From the NCBI RefSeq assembly GCF_001194135.2, contig NC_068989.1, positions 44,813,005-44,851,380 on the forward strand: a stretch of DNA of 38,376 nt, given 5' to 3'. Below, piece after piece: positions 1 through 11,331 of the stretch. The number at the start of each line of letters is the position of its first letter. Position 1 is the stretch's first letter. A program made the translations under genes and the position numbers. The notes under the pieces are model-generated. The model had not been told where the DNA came from and searched no databases. It saw only the letters and a list, made by a program, of their open reading frames with translations. This DNA comes from Octopus bimaculoides (taxonomy: Eukaryota).

Positions 1-249
1 TAAAACTCTGTAAATCGAAGTTAATGCTTACGAGTTTCAGTATATTCCAGGCTTTATTAAAAATAAATAGATAAATAAATAAATAAATAAAAAATAAATA
101 AATAAGTTAGCAGCCCAAAGACGTAAATTGTAATACCTGAATATATTTTACTTATAAATAGATTTAAACATGAAGCAATACTAAATTTTGAATTATATAA
201 TTTTAATGGCGGCAAAAATAAATACTGACAATACATATTTTGTGTGTAC

Positions 250-369
250 GGCGGCAAGCTGGAAGAATCGTTAGCATGCCAGAGAAAATGCTTAGCGGCA
301 TTTCGTCCGTCTTTACATTTTGAGTTCAAATTCTGCCGAGTTCGACTTTACCTTTCATCCTTTCGGGTC
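250..369 (+). mobile_element. SINE-A 5' half (tRNA-derived head plus start of core)
   Basis: GGCGGCAAGCTGGAAGAATCGTTAGC (A-box-like) ... GAGTTCAAATTC (B-box-like) ... CCTTTCATCCTTTCGGGTC; same sequence recurs at 10642-10852, 20660-20890, 21925-22158, 38115-38321. Confidence 0.85.
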
Positions 370-522
370 TCATCTAGTATTGTAGTAACTTACCCATAGA
401 AACAAGATTGTTCATTTTTGGTTTTAAGCTGCTACTCAGTCTTGTACATAATGAGGGTCGTGTGTGCAGTACTAGAAAAAGATCTGGATAGGCTGAGTCT
501 ATGAAACAGGTCAAGCAGCATA

Positions 523-815
523 ATGTCTCACATACTTGCATTTGAGGCTCTCAACCGCATTTCACAAGATTTCAGAGGTAATACTAACATCAAAGACAGT
601 CACAGTTTTGCTCTCTGCTGATTGCAGTCAAACCAAGCCAGTTATTCTAAAGAGTATACTTGCTGATGAGTTGAGAGTATACCTAAAGAAACCCTATACT
701 TGGAGACGAGTAGAAAAAAAAAACACGTTGGTTTCCCTACTAGTATAAGAATTTTAATAGAGATGTCTCAGCAGCCCAGTTTGCATAAGTTTTACTTGAG
801 GAAGGGGTGATAGAT
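523..815 (+). pseudogene. Helitron RepHel PIF1-type helicase fragment, frameshifted
   Basis: Manual translation MSHILAFEALNRISQDFRGNTNI / VTVLLSADCSQTKPVILKSILADELRVYLKKPYTWRRVEK matches the Helitron helicase segment MSH..AFEALNRTLQD.RGN....GG.TVLL.GDFRQTLPVIP.G..ADE..ACLK.SYLW..V; followed by AQFA*VLL (FA..LL motif). Confidence 0.8.
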
Positions 816-1108
816 GAATAAGGAAGGAAGGGGTGATGTTATACTTGGTAGTAGGATGATGAAAATTGTACGCTGAAACATATAAATCAAACAAATATGT
901 GTGTCTATGTATGTAAAATGGGGGTATGTGAATGTGTGCGCGCGCGTGTGTTTGTGTGTGTGTGTGTTTGTGTGTGCGTGTGCATGTGTGCACAATGGAA
1001 GTGGGATGGTTCATCTTTTTTGCTTAGTATTTGGGTTTCTCTTTTGATTTGGTTGAATGTTGGTTGGGGTTTTTTTTAGTTGGTCAGTTATTTTTCGCCT
1101 TTTGACAG

Positions 1109-1138
1109 AAAAAAGTCATTCTAAAATTGTTTTTTAAG
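1109..1138 (+). other. Candidate 30-nt microexon (KKVILKLFFK)
   Basis: T-rich tract ending TTTTGACAG, 30 nt open only in phase 0, then AAG|GTAAGC donor. No protein recognised. Confidence 0.2.
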
Positions 1139-1949
1139 GTAAGCGTGCCCAAACAAGTCGAATGCTTACACAGAACAGGTTTNNNNNNNNNNNNNNNNNN
1201 NNNNNNNNNNNNNNNNNNNNNNNNNNNNNNNNNNNNNNNNNNNNNNNNNNNNNNNNNNNNNNNNNNNNNNNNNNNNNNNNNNNNNNNNNNNNNNNNNNNN
1301 NNNNNNNNNNNNNNNNNNNNNNNNNNNNNNNNNNNNNNNNNNNNNNNNNNNNNNNNNNNNNNNNNNNNNNNNNNNNNNNNNNNNNNNNNNNNNNNNNNNN
1401 NNNNNNNNNNNNNNNNNNNNNNNNNNNNNNNNNNNNNNNNNNNNNNNNNNNNNNNNNNNNNNNNNNNNNNNNNNNNNNNNNNNNNNNNNNNNNNNNNNNN
1501 NNNNNNNNNNNNNNNNNNNNNNNNNNNNNNNNNNNNNNNNNNNNNNNNNNNNNNNNNNNNNNNNNNNNNNNNNNNNNNNNNNNNNNNNNNNNNNNNNNNN
1601 NNNNNNNNNNNNNNNNNNNNNNNNNNNNNNNNNNNNNNNNNNNNNNNNNNNNNNNNNNNNNNNNNNNNNNNNNNNNNNNNNNNNNNNNNNNNNNNNNNNN
1701 NNNNNNNNNNNNNNNNNNNNNNNNNNNNNNNNNNNNNNNNNNNNNNNNNNNNNNNNNNNNNNNNNNNNNNNNNNNNNNNNNNNNNNNNNNNNNNNNNNNN
1801 NNNNNNNNNNNNNNNNNNNNNNNNNNNNNNNNNNNNNNNNNNNNNNNNNNNNNNNNNNNNNNNNNNNNNNNNNNNNNNNNNNNNNNNNNCATACATATAT
1901 ATACATACATACATATATATATATGTATGTATGTAAACCCTTTCCCTTC

Positions 1950-2168
1950 CGATCATTCCACAATGTAACCTCGTGTATATCGTTGGCGATTTTTTCTTCC
2001 TCTGTCTTCCCTTCTTTGGACTTTCCTATATTTCTGACGAAGAGCTCCGCTCGAAACGTCAAATTCTCTTTCTTTCCTTTCCTGAGCGTCCAGTAGCACA
2101 ATATCTGTATCACGTCCTCGCGTTGTTGTTTATTGTTGTTTTTTTGTCGTTTTTCTTGTTTGAATTCA
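1950..2168 (+). mobile_element. Penelope-like/retrozyme-like terminal fragment carrying a hammerhead motif
   Basis: Pyrimidine-rich flanks around CTGACGAAGAGCTCCGCTCGAAACGTCA; related element at 26480-26650; flanked by TA/TATG repeats. Confidence 0.6.
2029..2095 (+). ncRNA. Type I hammerhead ribozyme-like motif (copy 1)
   Basis: CUGACGA 2034-2040, extra A, stem II GAGC/GCUC with UCC loop, GAAA 2053-2056, stem III ACG/CGU closing a pyrimidine-rich loop, GUC triplet 2088-2090; stem I weak (U2.1/C1.1 mismatch then 4 pairs). Confidence 0.55.
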
Positions 2169-2202
2169 CTATATATATGCACTATATATATGCATGTATG
2201 TA

Positions 2203-2240
<38 letters not shown>

Positions 2241-2244
2241 CACA

Positions 2245-2510
<266 letters not shown>

Positions 2511-2738
2511 AACACACACACATGTGTGCGTATGTGTGTTTATATGTTAAAAGCTATGCATAGATATATTAGAACCAGCTGTTGTTATCTAATATTGATG
2601 TGTTAGCAAAGCAATAATTTTCACAATGAAGTCTTTTTCATAACAGACATATATGTTCCCACATACACACACACATACCTACATATACAGTATATGTATG
2701 TATATGTATACGTATGTATGTACATATACGTATACATA

Positions 2739-2775
<37 letters not shown>

Positions 2776-3323
2776 ACACACATTTACGTGCACACAATTA
2801 CAGTCGAACAAAGTATTATTGCTAACATATGTGTCCACAGTCGACAGCAAATGTGTCTCTCTTTCTCACACGGAAACATAAATTTGTTCTCTCTCACCCA
2901 TACGGAAACACAAGCACACACTCACAGGCGCATACACACATACATACAGATGGATTGGAGTATCTTGATAAGCCTAGCTTAGTGGAATAACAGTGAATAG
3001 ATTATTCACAAGTATTAATGAATATTTTAACAAATCTCAAACTCCCATTTTATTTATGTTGATATCAATGTGACGTTAGTAAACGTGTGTCTAGGTGGGA
3101 TGCCTTGTAGCCGTCAATTGGTCCGCTAAATGTCAATTAAATTACACCTCATTGTTAACAAAGAAGGATTCACAGAAACTGATTTCCCTTTTAGTGCCAT
3201 ACTTGTGGTGTAGGCTCTTTCGGTTTTTACCAATATATGATAAATCTAAATGCAGGCCTGAATGTGTGGTTAATGGATTTGCTAGACAACCATAAGGTTT
3301 CCGGTTCAATCGTATTGCGCAGT

Positions 3324-3480
3324 GTCTGTCTGTTTGCCTGTCTGTCTGTTTGCCTGTCTGTCTGTTTGCCTGTCTGTCTGTTTGCCTGTCTGTCTGTTTG
3401 CCTGTCTGTCTGTTTGCTTGTCTGTCTGTTTGCCTGTCTGTCTGATTGCGCGGTGTCTCTCTGTTTGCCTGTCTGTCTGT
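3324..3480. repeat. (TGTCTGTTTGCC)n 12-bp / TGTC minisatellite after a degenerate SINE-B head (about 3262-3323)
   Basis: Direct reading of repeated TGTCTGTTTGCC units. Confidence 0.9.
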
Positions 3481-3499
3481 ATGAATGTATGTATGTATG

Positions 3500-3907
3500 A
3501 TTTAAAGAAGAATGTTGCGGTCGAAATGGTGAATCTCAGTGACCTTTTTGTGCGCACAGTTTGTGACAGACCGTGCCTTTCTTTTGCTGGGCTCAAATCT
3601 CATTTGCAGACCCATAAAAAACAAACCTCCACCAACTACCTTGCCTATATATATATGTGCACACCCTTCAATGGCGTGTATGCCATAAGGACTGCAAATC
3701 TAACGGATGCCTCAAAAGACATATTAAGATCCACAAAGATCAGAGCTTAACTGCAGCTCTTGGCGGTCCAAATCAGATATGCAATCTATGTGGGTTGTCT
3801 TTTCAGTACAATGTCTGGTTTAAAAAGCCACATCAAACGCCATGATGGATCTAAGGTGCAAGTACAAGAGGTGGTAAGACTCTACATGAGGAGTAGACAA
3901 CCACTAC
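3500..3907 (+). pseudogene. Decayed triple C2H2 zinc-finger segment, probably the 3' end of an RTE-group LINE ORF2
   Basis: FVRTVCDRPCLSFAGLKSHLQTH (3547), LQWRVCHKDCKSNGCLKRHIKIH (3666), ICNLCGLSF/STMSGLKSHIKRH (3777, frameshifted); no TGEKP linkers; runs straight into a (TATG)n tail at 3908-3962. Confidence 0.65.
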
Positions 3908-3967
3908 GTATGTATGTATGTATGTATGTATGTATGTATGTATGTATGTATGTATGTATGTACGTAC

Positions 3968-4226
3968 GGGTTGAGCGTTGTGTTCTTGAGTAAGACACTT
4001 TATTTCACATTGTCCCAGTTCACTTAGCTGTAGAAATGGATTGCGGTGTCACTGGTTCCAAGCTGTATCGGTCTTTGCCTTTCCTTTGGTTAACATCGGT
4101 GACGTGGAGAGGGGAGACTGGTATGCATGGGCGACGCCTGGTCTTCCATAAACAACCTTGCCCGGACTTGTTCCTTGGAGGGGAACTTTCTAGGTGCAAA
4201 CCCATGGTCATTGATGAACGAAAGGT
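3968..4226 (+). mobile_element. 5'-truncated SINE with SINE-C-like core and (TATG)n tail
   Basis: GTTGTGTTCTTGAGTAAGACACTTTATTTCACATTGTCCCAGTTCACTTAGCTG resembles the SINE-C core at 17516 and 31378; ends at the TATG repeat 4227-4275. Confidence 0.6.
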
Positions 4227-4289
4227 TATGTATGTATGTATGTATGTATGTATGTATGTATGTATTATATATGTATGTATACATATACT

Positions 4290-4405
4290 TTGTCTTTCAT
4301 CTTTTCGGGGTCGACAAAAAATAAATACCACCTGAGCACTGGGGGTCAATGTAATCTTCTTACCCTCTCCCCGCAAAATTGCTGCCCTTGTGCCAAAATG
4401 TGAAA
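4290..4405 (+). mobile_element. SINE-A 3' half
   Basis: CTTTCATCTTTTCGGGGTCGAC...ACTGGGGGTCAATGTAATC...GCTGCCCTTGTGCC matches the 3' part of SINE-A. Confidence 0.75.
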
Positions 4406-4409
4406 CCAA

Positions 4410-4648
4410 TAATGTTTCTCCTCCTCGTCTTCCTTCTCCTCATTCTCATCATTATCCTCTTCTCCTTCATCTTACTCCTCCACTTCATCCTTATTCTTAT
4501 CATCATTCTCTTCCAACTATTTCCCCCTTCCCCTTCTTCCTGATCCTCTTTCTCCTCCCCTCCCATTATTCTTCTTCTTCTTCTTCTTCTTCTTCTTCTT
4601 CTTCTTCTTCTTCTTCCTCCTCCTCCTCCTCCCCTCCTCCCCCTCCCC
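4410..4648. repeat. Imperfect (TCC/TCT/CAT)n polypyrimidine tract ending at a gap
   Basis: Direct reading; includes perfect (TCT)n at about 4568-4615. Confidence 0.9.
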
Positions 4649-5384
4649 NNNNNNNNNNNNNNNNNNNNNNNNNNNNNNNNNNNNNNNNNNNNNNNNNNNN
4701 NNNNNNNNNNNNNNNNNNNNNNNNNNNNNNNNNNNNNNNNNNNNNNNNNNNNNNNNNNNNNNNNNNNNNNNNNNNNNNNNNNNNNNNNNNNNNNNNNNNN
4801 NNNNNNNNNNNNNNNNNNNNNNNNNNNNNNNNNNNNNNNNNNNNNNNNNNNNNNNNNNNNNNNNNNNNNNNNNNNNNNNNNNNNNNNNNNNNNNNNNNNN
4901 NNNNNNNNNNNNNNNNNNNNNNNNNNNNNNNNNNNNNNNNNNNNNNNNNNNNNNNNNNNNNNNNNNNNNNNNNNNNNNNNNNNNNNNNNNNNNNNNNNNN
5001 NNNNNNNNNNNNNNNNNNNNNNNNNNNNNNNNNNNNNNNNNNNNNNNNNNNNNNNNNNNNNNGGCATTTCTGTGCATCAATGTTTCACGTTATATACAAA
5101 ATCGGTTGCGATATTTTCCCAATCTTATTACTTATTCCGTCTTTGACATTCTTCCAACCCTTCCAGAAGCATGTAGACCTAGCTCCATCCATCCCGTCCC
5201 ACCACAAATATCAATCCTCTCTTCCATGTTCTTAATAATTCATCCATTCATTGTGATATTCTGGCGCCATTTAGTATATTCTATCGTCTGATCTGTCATC
5301 CTTTTATCGATATCCTGCTCATCTATTTACTAACATCTTGATCACTCAATTATGTACTGATATCCTTTACCAGTTAACTTTACA

Positions 5385-5632
5385 TGTGTGTGTGTGTGTG
5401 TGTGTGCGTGTGTGTGTGCGTGTGTGTTTATTTATATATATTATGCAAACGTAAATATACAGATATATATTATATATGATCGTGTTGATATGACTATATG
5501 TATTTGCATACACACACACACACACATATATATATATGCATATTTATATGTGTGTATATATAATATAAATTATATATACCATATATTATATATATGACGT
5601 GTATTTATATATTATTAATATATATGTATATA

Positions 5633-5722
<90 letters not shown>

Positions 5723-5781
5723 CATATATATGTATATATACCTATAATATATGTGTATAAATACATACACGTTTTATTTTC

Positions 5782-5812
<31 letters not shown>

Positions 5813-5820
5813 TATATATG

Positions 5821-5857
<37 letters not shown>

Positions 5858-5945
5858 CACATACATACATACACGTCTTTATATATCTATATAGATATAC
5901 ATACATATATACACACGTTTAGAAGCGCATGGTATTTATATATTT
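5385..5945. repeat. Mosaic (TG)n/(TA)n microsatellite field
   Basis: Includes a near-perfect TA run at about 5635-5718. Confidence 0.95.
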
Positions 5946-6034
5946 ATTAATTACAGTCTGATTGCCTTTACTGTGATACGTAATACACTCACTGTTTTAT
6001 GCATAAACAAATATACTTCCATTTGATACTATCT

Positions 6035-6920
6035 TCATTCAGATGATATCTTTCTTTAGTTATATCTATCTTCATTTAATTGTTGATATCCTTGTGTAGA
6101 TGTTGATATTTTTTATCTGTTGATATCATGATTTGGATGTTGATATCCTTATTGACATATCGATATCTTTCATTCAGTTGTTGATATCGTCATTCGGATG
6201 TTGATATCCTCAGTTTATTTTTGGTATCCTCATTTAATTGCTGATATCCTCATTTAGTTGCAGATATCCTCATTTAGTTGTTGATGTCATTTAGATGTTG
6301 CTATCACCATTTAGATGTCGATATCTTCATTTAGATGTTGATATGATTTTATTGTGGATATCCTAATTTAATTGCTGATATCCTAATTCAGGGCTTGATA
6401 TCCCCATTCAGATGTTGATATCATTCTTTTTATTGTTTGTATAATCATTTAGATTTTGATATAATCTTCATTCGTTAATTTCTCATTCATATGTTGATAT
6501 CTTCACTTGATTCTTAATATCCTCATTCAATTGTTGATATCCTCATTTAAATGTTGACTTCCTCATTTAATTGTTGATACTTTCATTTAATTGTTGATAT
6601 TCCTATTTAATTGTTGATAGCCTTATGTAATTGTTAATAGCCTCCTTTTTATTGTTGATATACTCATTTAGATATCGATATTATCTTCATTTGCTGATAT
6701 CCCATTCCCGTGGTGATATCCTCACTCAGTTGCTGATATCCTTATTTAATCGTTGTTATCCTTATTTGTTGGCATCCTCATTTACTTGTTGATATTCTCA
6801 TTCAGGTGTGGATACTCTTCATTTAGTTGTTGATACTCTTCATTTAGTTGTTGATACTCTTCATTTAGTTGTTGATACCCCTGTGTAATTGCTAATATAA
6901 TCGACATAGTTGTTGATATT
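6035..6920. repeat. Degenerate minisatellite, unit about 20 bp (GTTGATATCCTCATTTAATT/AGAT), roughly 40-45 units
   Basis: TTGATATC core recurs every 18-22 nt; three near-identical 21-bp units GATACTCTTCATTTAGTTGTT near 6810-6875. Confidence 0.9.
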
Positions 6921-7044
6921 CTCACTGTTTTCTAACTGATACGTCGAATTTCAGGTTTATATGTACGTCAACTCGCATGAAAACAATATATCCTCTTCCT
7001 GACACTATTGCTTCACTAATTTATATATAAATGCCCCAGTCTAC

Positions 7045-7165
7045 ATGGCTGTTAAGTGGCAGAGTTGTCCGAGCAGAGAACAAAATGTCTTGTGACATTT
7101 GTTCTTTATCTCTGCATTTTTAGTTCAAATGCTACTGTCGTTAAATTTGTCTTTCATCTTTTCCA
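7045..7165 (+). mobile_element. Old, degenerate SINE-A head
   Basis: GTGGCAGAGTTG...TTAGTTCAAAT...TTTGTCTTTCATCTTTT. Confidence 0.45.
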
Positions 7166-7290
7166 GTCACTTTACTGACTACAAGAAAATTTTGCTGGGA
7201 TTAGTTGCGCGATATTCACTTTGGTTATTTAAGTTGTATTGTTGCTATTGACAGTTGTATACGTGTTTGTACTGGTGTCGTATGCATGTG

Positions 7291-8548
7291 TCAGGTCATC
7301 CCATAAGTTCTGTCCGATTTTACCTTTTTAAAAATTGAATGAAATTTAATAGTATTTTAGAATGTCTAATGGAATTAAAACTTATTTTTATGCATTTGTG
7401 TACATGTAAACTAATTAGATATTATTTTACAGAATAATAGAATTAAAATTTCTTTGATTAAAACCCTTTCTAACATGGAAATATCCAAAGAGCATTTAAA
7501 GCACATAATGCTTTATGAATACAAAAAAGGAAACTCTGCAGCCGAAGCGACTCGAAACACACTCAGTTTATAGGAAAGAATGTTTGAATGAAAGAACTTG
7601 CAGAGGATGGTTTGCAAAATTTAGAAGTGGAGATTTCAGCCTTGAAGATGAAGATCGAACAGATCGTCCAGTTGAGTTTGAGGATAAGCTACATGAGGCA
7701 TTATTTGAAAATCCTGCATTATCAGTTGAAGAATTGGCAATAAAGCTTAGTTCAAACCATACAACTGCTCATCGTCATCTTCAACAACTTGGAAAGGTTC
7801 CTAAACCTGGAAAATGGGTGCCTTCATGAATTGTCTGAAAGCAACCGCAAATCCCGCGTTGACACTTGCTCTTCTCTCCATTTTCACGAACTCATTTCAT
7901 CCTTTTTGGATAGACTTGTGACTGGTGACGAAAAATGGGTCTTCTATCGAAATGTTAAACGTCGTAAACAGTGGCTTGGTAAAAGGGAAAAGCTCAATCA
8001 CAACCGAGAAGGGAACTTCATGGGGAAAAGTTTCTTCTCTCTATCTGGTGAGAATGCAAATGAGTAATTCACTTTGAATTGTTACCACCTAATGCAACAA
8101 TTAATGCTCAAGTCTACTGTCAGCAATTAGAGCGTTTGAACCAAGCTTTGAAGAAAAAAAGACCCGCTTAATGAATCGAAAAGGAGTAATGTTTCATCAG
8201 GACAATGCGCCACCCCACACTGCAAAGATCACATCATAGAAGATCGAAGAGCTTGGTTGAGAAAAAATTCCTCATCCACCTTATTCTCTTGACCTTGCTC
8301 CTTCAAACTACCATCTGTTTCGTAGTTTACAGAATCATTTGTGGGACATAACTTTCGCAATCCAGGAGGAGGTCGAAACTGACATTTCAGAGTTTTACAT
8401 TGATGTGATTAAAAAACTTGTAAATAGATGGAAGGAAGTCATAGATAATCAGGGAAAGTACATTGATGATTAAATTTCAATTAAATATAGCATTTGATCA
8501 TTTGTTTTCAAAATTCAAAATTCGGACAGAACTTATTGGATGACCTGA
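7291..8548 (+). mobile_element. Near full-length mariner (DD34D) transposon, about 1.26 kb, inactive
   Basis: TIRs TCAGGTCATCCCATAAGTTCTGTCCGA / TCGGACAGAACTTATTGGATGACCTGA; TA on the right, TG on the left. Confidence 0.95.
7475..8473 (+). pseudogene. Mariner transposase pseudogene
   Basis: MEISKEHLKHIMLYEYKKG start, WFAKFRSGDFSLEDEDR, WVP-HEL, TGDEKW, HQDNAPPH, YSLDLAPSNYHLF, ending GKYIDD*; several frameshifts and stops. Confidence 0.93.
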
Positions 8549-8577
8549 TATATATGAATGGATCTATATATGAATGC

Positions 8578-8579
<2 letters not shown>

Positions 8580-8646
<67 letters not shown>
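8580..8646. repeat. (TATC)n / GATA tetranucleotide repeat
   Basis: Direct reading. Confidence 0.97.
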
Positions 8647-8647
<1 letters not shown>

Positions 8648-9447
8648 GTGTATATACATATCTATCTGTACACCTATACATACCCGTATATATGTGTATG
8701 TGTGTGTGGCGTGTTTGCACATGTATATATGTATATATCTATATCTATATATGCATATATGTCTGTACGTAAATACATATATATGCATGGCTATATGTAT
8801 AACTATGTTTTATACATATGTACATACGCATACACCTACAGACACACACACACATTTTGTTCTTTTAAGCCTTGGGTTATGCAGGTGTCTCTAAGTATAA
8901 ACGGCAATGGTGGAATGGACGGAGTTGTAACATTTTTTTAAAACTTATATACATACATTGTAATGAATGGAGATGAAAGGTTTAAGAATAAAATAAAGAA
9001 GAAAAAGAAAGAAATGAGTCGTGGAAAGAACAGAGGAGGAAATAGAAGAAGAAGTAGAAGAAGATGTAGAGAACGGGTGGAAACGGAAGATGAAAAGAAT
9101 GATTTAAATATTTAAGCTATTTACGAATTAATCCTTCAGGTATGAAAAGACAGTTTTGGTTGTTAAAGTACAATTTCCTTGTCGGTGCTGCCAATAATTT
9201 ATTTTTGGTGGTACTGACAAATTAATTTACCCTTACTCCACCCCACCTCCCACCATACCCCTGCCGGCAATTCTAATTTTGTCACTTTTTGTTGCTGTTT
9301 TCTTTTCCACCTGCAAAATCGGAATGGATCGAAAAATAAAAATACAGGTACAACACCTTTTTTTCGGAACGTTTTGTTCCAAAGTCTCTTTAGATTACTA
9401 ATTTTTCGGAACCAGAAGTGGCCACCATTAAATTATACAAATATCGA

Positions 9448-9558
9448 TTTCAAATTTTGGCACAAGGTCAGCAATTTCGGAGAAAGGGTTAAGTCGATTG
9501 CATTGACCCTAGTACTCAACTAGTACTTCTTTTATTGACCTCAGAAGGATGAAAGCGA
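9448..9558 (-). mobile_element. SINE-A 3' half
   Basis: GGCACAAGG...AAGTCGATTGCATTGACCC...AAGGATGAAAG, reverse complement of the SINE-A body. Confidence 0.7.
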
Positions 9559-9778
9559 AAACTTCTATGAAACTCGTTCTATAATACAAGGTCTGAAACG
9601 ATGACAAAATGGTCTCGGATGGAACGCCAGGCGAACGATGGAAAAGTCGATACAAATCAGCATACAAACTGCATAGTAGCGCTCTCATCAATCCGAATGT
9701 GCTTGTCTTTACTGTAACATCCACTGTTATGTAAAACAAGAACGAATGTATCCTAAACAGATTTTGTTTAACTCCAGA

Positions 9779-10013
9779 GAGAGGTGCGTGGCTTGGTGGT
9801 TAGGTTGATGGACTCATGATCGTAAGATTGTGGCTTTGTTTCCTGGACCTAGTGATGTGTTATGTTCTACATTTCCTTCTACGTTGCTCCAGTCCACTCA
9901 GCTAGCAAAAATGAGTCATCCTGTGACGGACAGGGGCCGAATATATACGCCATGGAAACCGGGAAGCTGGCCCTTAGGAGTCAATATGACTTGAGAAGGT
10001 AACTTTACTTTAC
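9779..10013 (+). mobile_element. SINE-C (tRNA-derived)
   Basis: GTGGCTTGGTGGTTAGG (A-box-like), GACTCATGATCGTAAGATTG, core GTTGCTCCAGTCCACTCAGCT, tail AGAAGGTAACTTTACTTTAC; matches 27189-27449. Confidence 0.85.
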
Positions 10014-10200
10014 TGGTCAGCTCTGACCCTGCAGACCTATGCTCAAAGATGCTTCAGGGGTGACCTTACATCATTTACCGAGACATTTAGGACTATGTTA
10101 TCTAATCTATTATTCTTTTTATGAGACGATAAAGAGCATTGTTTGAGAGAAACTTAGTTGCTATTTCTAGAAAGGTAAGCTACTTTGTAGATGTACCCTC
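10014..10200 (+). mobile_element. Dispersed short repeat family D (unclassified)
   Basis: GGTCAGCTCTGA...AGACCTATGCTCAAAG...GTGACC; related copies at 10328-10400 (-), 10517-10592 (-), 13272-13345 (-), 18465-18690, 18724-18785, 30296-30400. Confidence 0.6.
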
Positions 10201-10516
10201 GATTAAAACAGTACTGCGAACTGCTGGAAATTGCAGCAATATTTGCTTTAAATCGCACTCTGATGTCTTAAAAAGAAAGAACACATTTGGATCGTAAAGT
10301 GACGAATACGCTATATAAAACTTGAGACGTGATAGTCACGGTTGAATGTATTTGATGTTATGTCTGCGTGAGCAGAGCTGACCAGGATCTAAAAACAACA
10401 CGAAAACCAAAAACAGGATACACTGAACCGCAAGAGAAACGTACCATGCTTATACTACAATGTTGCACTCCGCACAGTAAACTACTTAACATGAAGAGGA
10501 ATGAGATGAGTACAAA

Positions 10517-10592
10517 AAGGCAAGATGGCCACGGTTAGAAATACCTTTGATCATAAGTTCTATTCGATCAAGACTAACCTGGAACTAACAAT
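10517..10592 (-). mobile_element. Family D copy
   Basis: Reverse complement CCAGGTTAGTCTTGATCGAATAGAACTTATGATCAAAGGTATTTCTAACCGTGGCCATC. Confidence 0.65.
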
Positions 10593-10641
10593 TCTGACAT
10601 CGACCCACTTCAACAATAACAATAACAACAATAATAATATT

Positions 10642-10852
10642 CCTTTCTACAATAGGCACAAGGTCTGAAATTTGGGGGAGAGGGATAGTCGGTTACATCG
10701 ACCCCAGTACACAACTGCTACTTATTTTATGTACCCAGAAAGGATAAAAGGCAAAGTCGATCTCGGCGGAATTTGAACTCAGAACATAAAGACAGACGAA
10801 ATACTGCTAAGCATTTTTCCCGGCGTGCTAACGATTCTGCCAGCTCGCTGCC
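10642..10852 (-). mobile_element. Full-length SINE-A between AAT/AAC and (TAA)n repeats
   Basis: Complete match to 38115-38321; head abuts the (TAA)n tract. Confidence 0.9.
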
Positions 10853-10989
<137 letters not shown>

Positions 10990-10992
10990 TTT

Positions 10993-11331
10993 AAATACAA
11001 AAGATGTGGCATCTTAAAACGAGAACTGTTCCTGCTATTGTAGGTGTCCTAGGTATGATAAAAAAGGGATGTCAGAAACATCTAGATAACATCCCAGGAG
11101 AACCTTGTCTCAGAGAAATCCAAATGATTGTACTGACAAGTACTGTCCATATCCTTAGAAAAACCCTATTCATTTAAATGTCTGTGTTGTATTACAGGAA
11201 GATATTTCGCTACTTCCCCCACCAAGCTTTCAGTCATACTGTAACTTCTCTTGTCATTCACTCGCCCCAGGACACTAGGGCAAGTAACTGTAAAACACAT
11301 GCAGATTAAAAGTAATAAAGAAAAAAAATAA
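10993..11331 (+). mobile_element. RLE-type (R4/Dong-like) LINE 3' end, fragment 1 plus 3' UTR
   Basis: Frame 11001-11177 KMWHLKTRTVPAIVGVLGMIKKGCQKHLDNIPGEPCLREIQMIVLTSTVHILRKTLFI* is the typical RLE C-terminus (MW.LK...PV.VGALG...KG...IQK..LL.T.HILR). Confidence 0.8.

Noticed and set aside
250-330. SINE heads (A, B, C families) as tRNA genes
   Set aside because: A/B boxes present but no complete cloverleaf, and they continue into SINE cores in multiple diverged copies.
4360-5067. Arg/Gly/Lys/Glu-rich ORFs
   Set aside because: Translation of the TCC/TCT tract plus a gap.
6035-6920. Minisatellite as a CRISPR array or a coiled-coil coding repeat
   Set aside because: No unique spacers, units degenerate, eukaryotic context; unit length varies 18-22 bp so no frame is maintained.
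9599-9735. Short open frame DDKMVSDGTPGERWKSRYKSAYKLHSS...
   Set aside because: No recognisable homology or splice signals; lies between SINE fragments.
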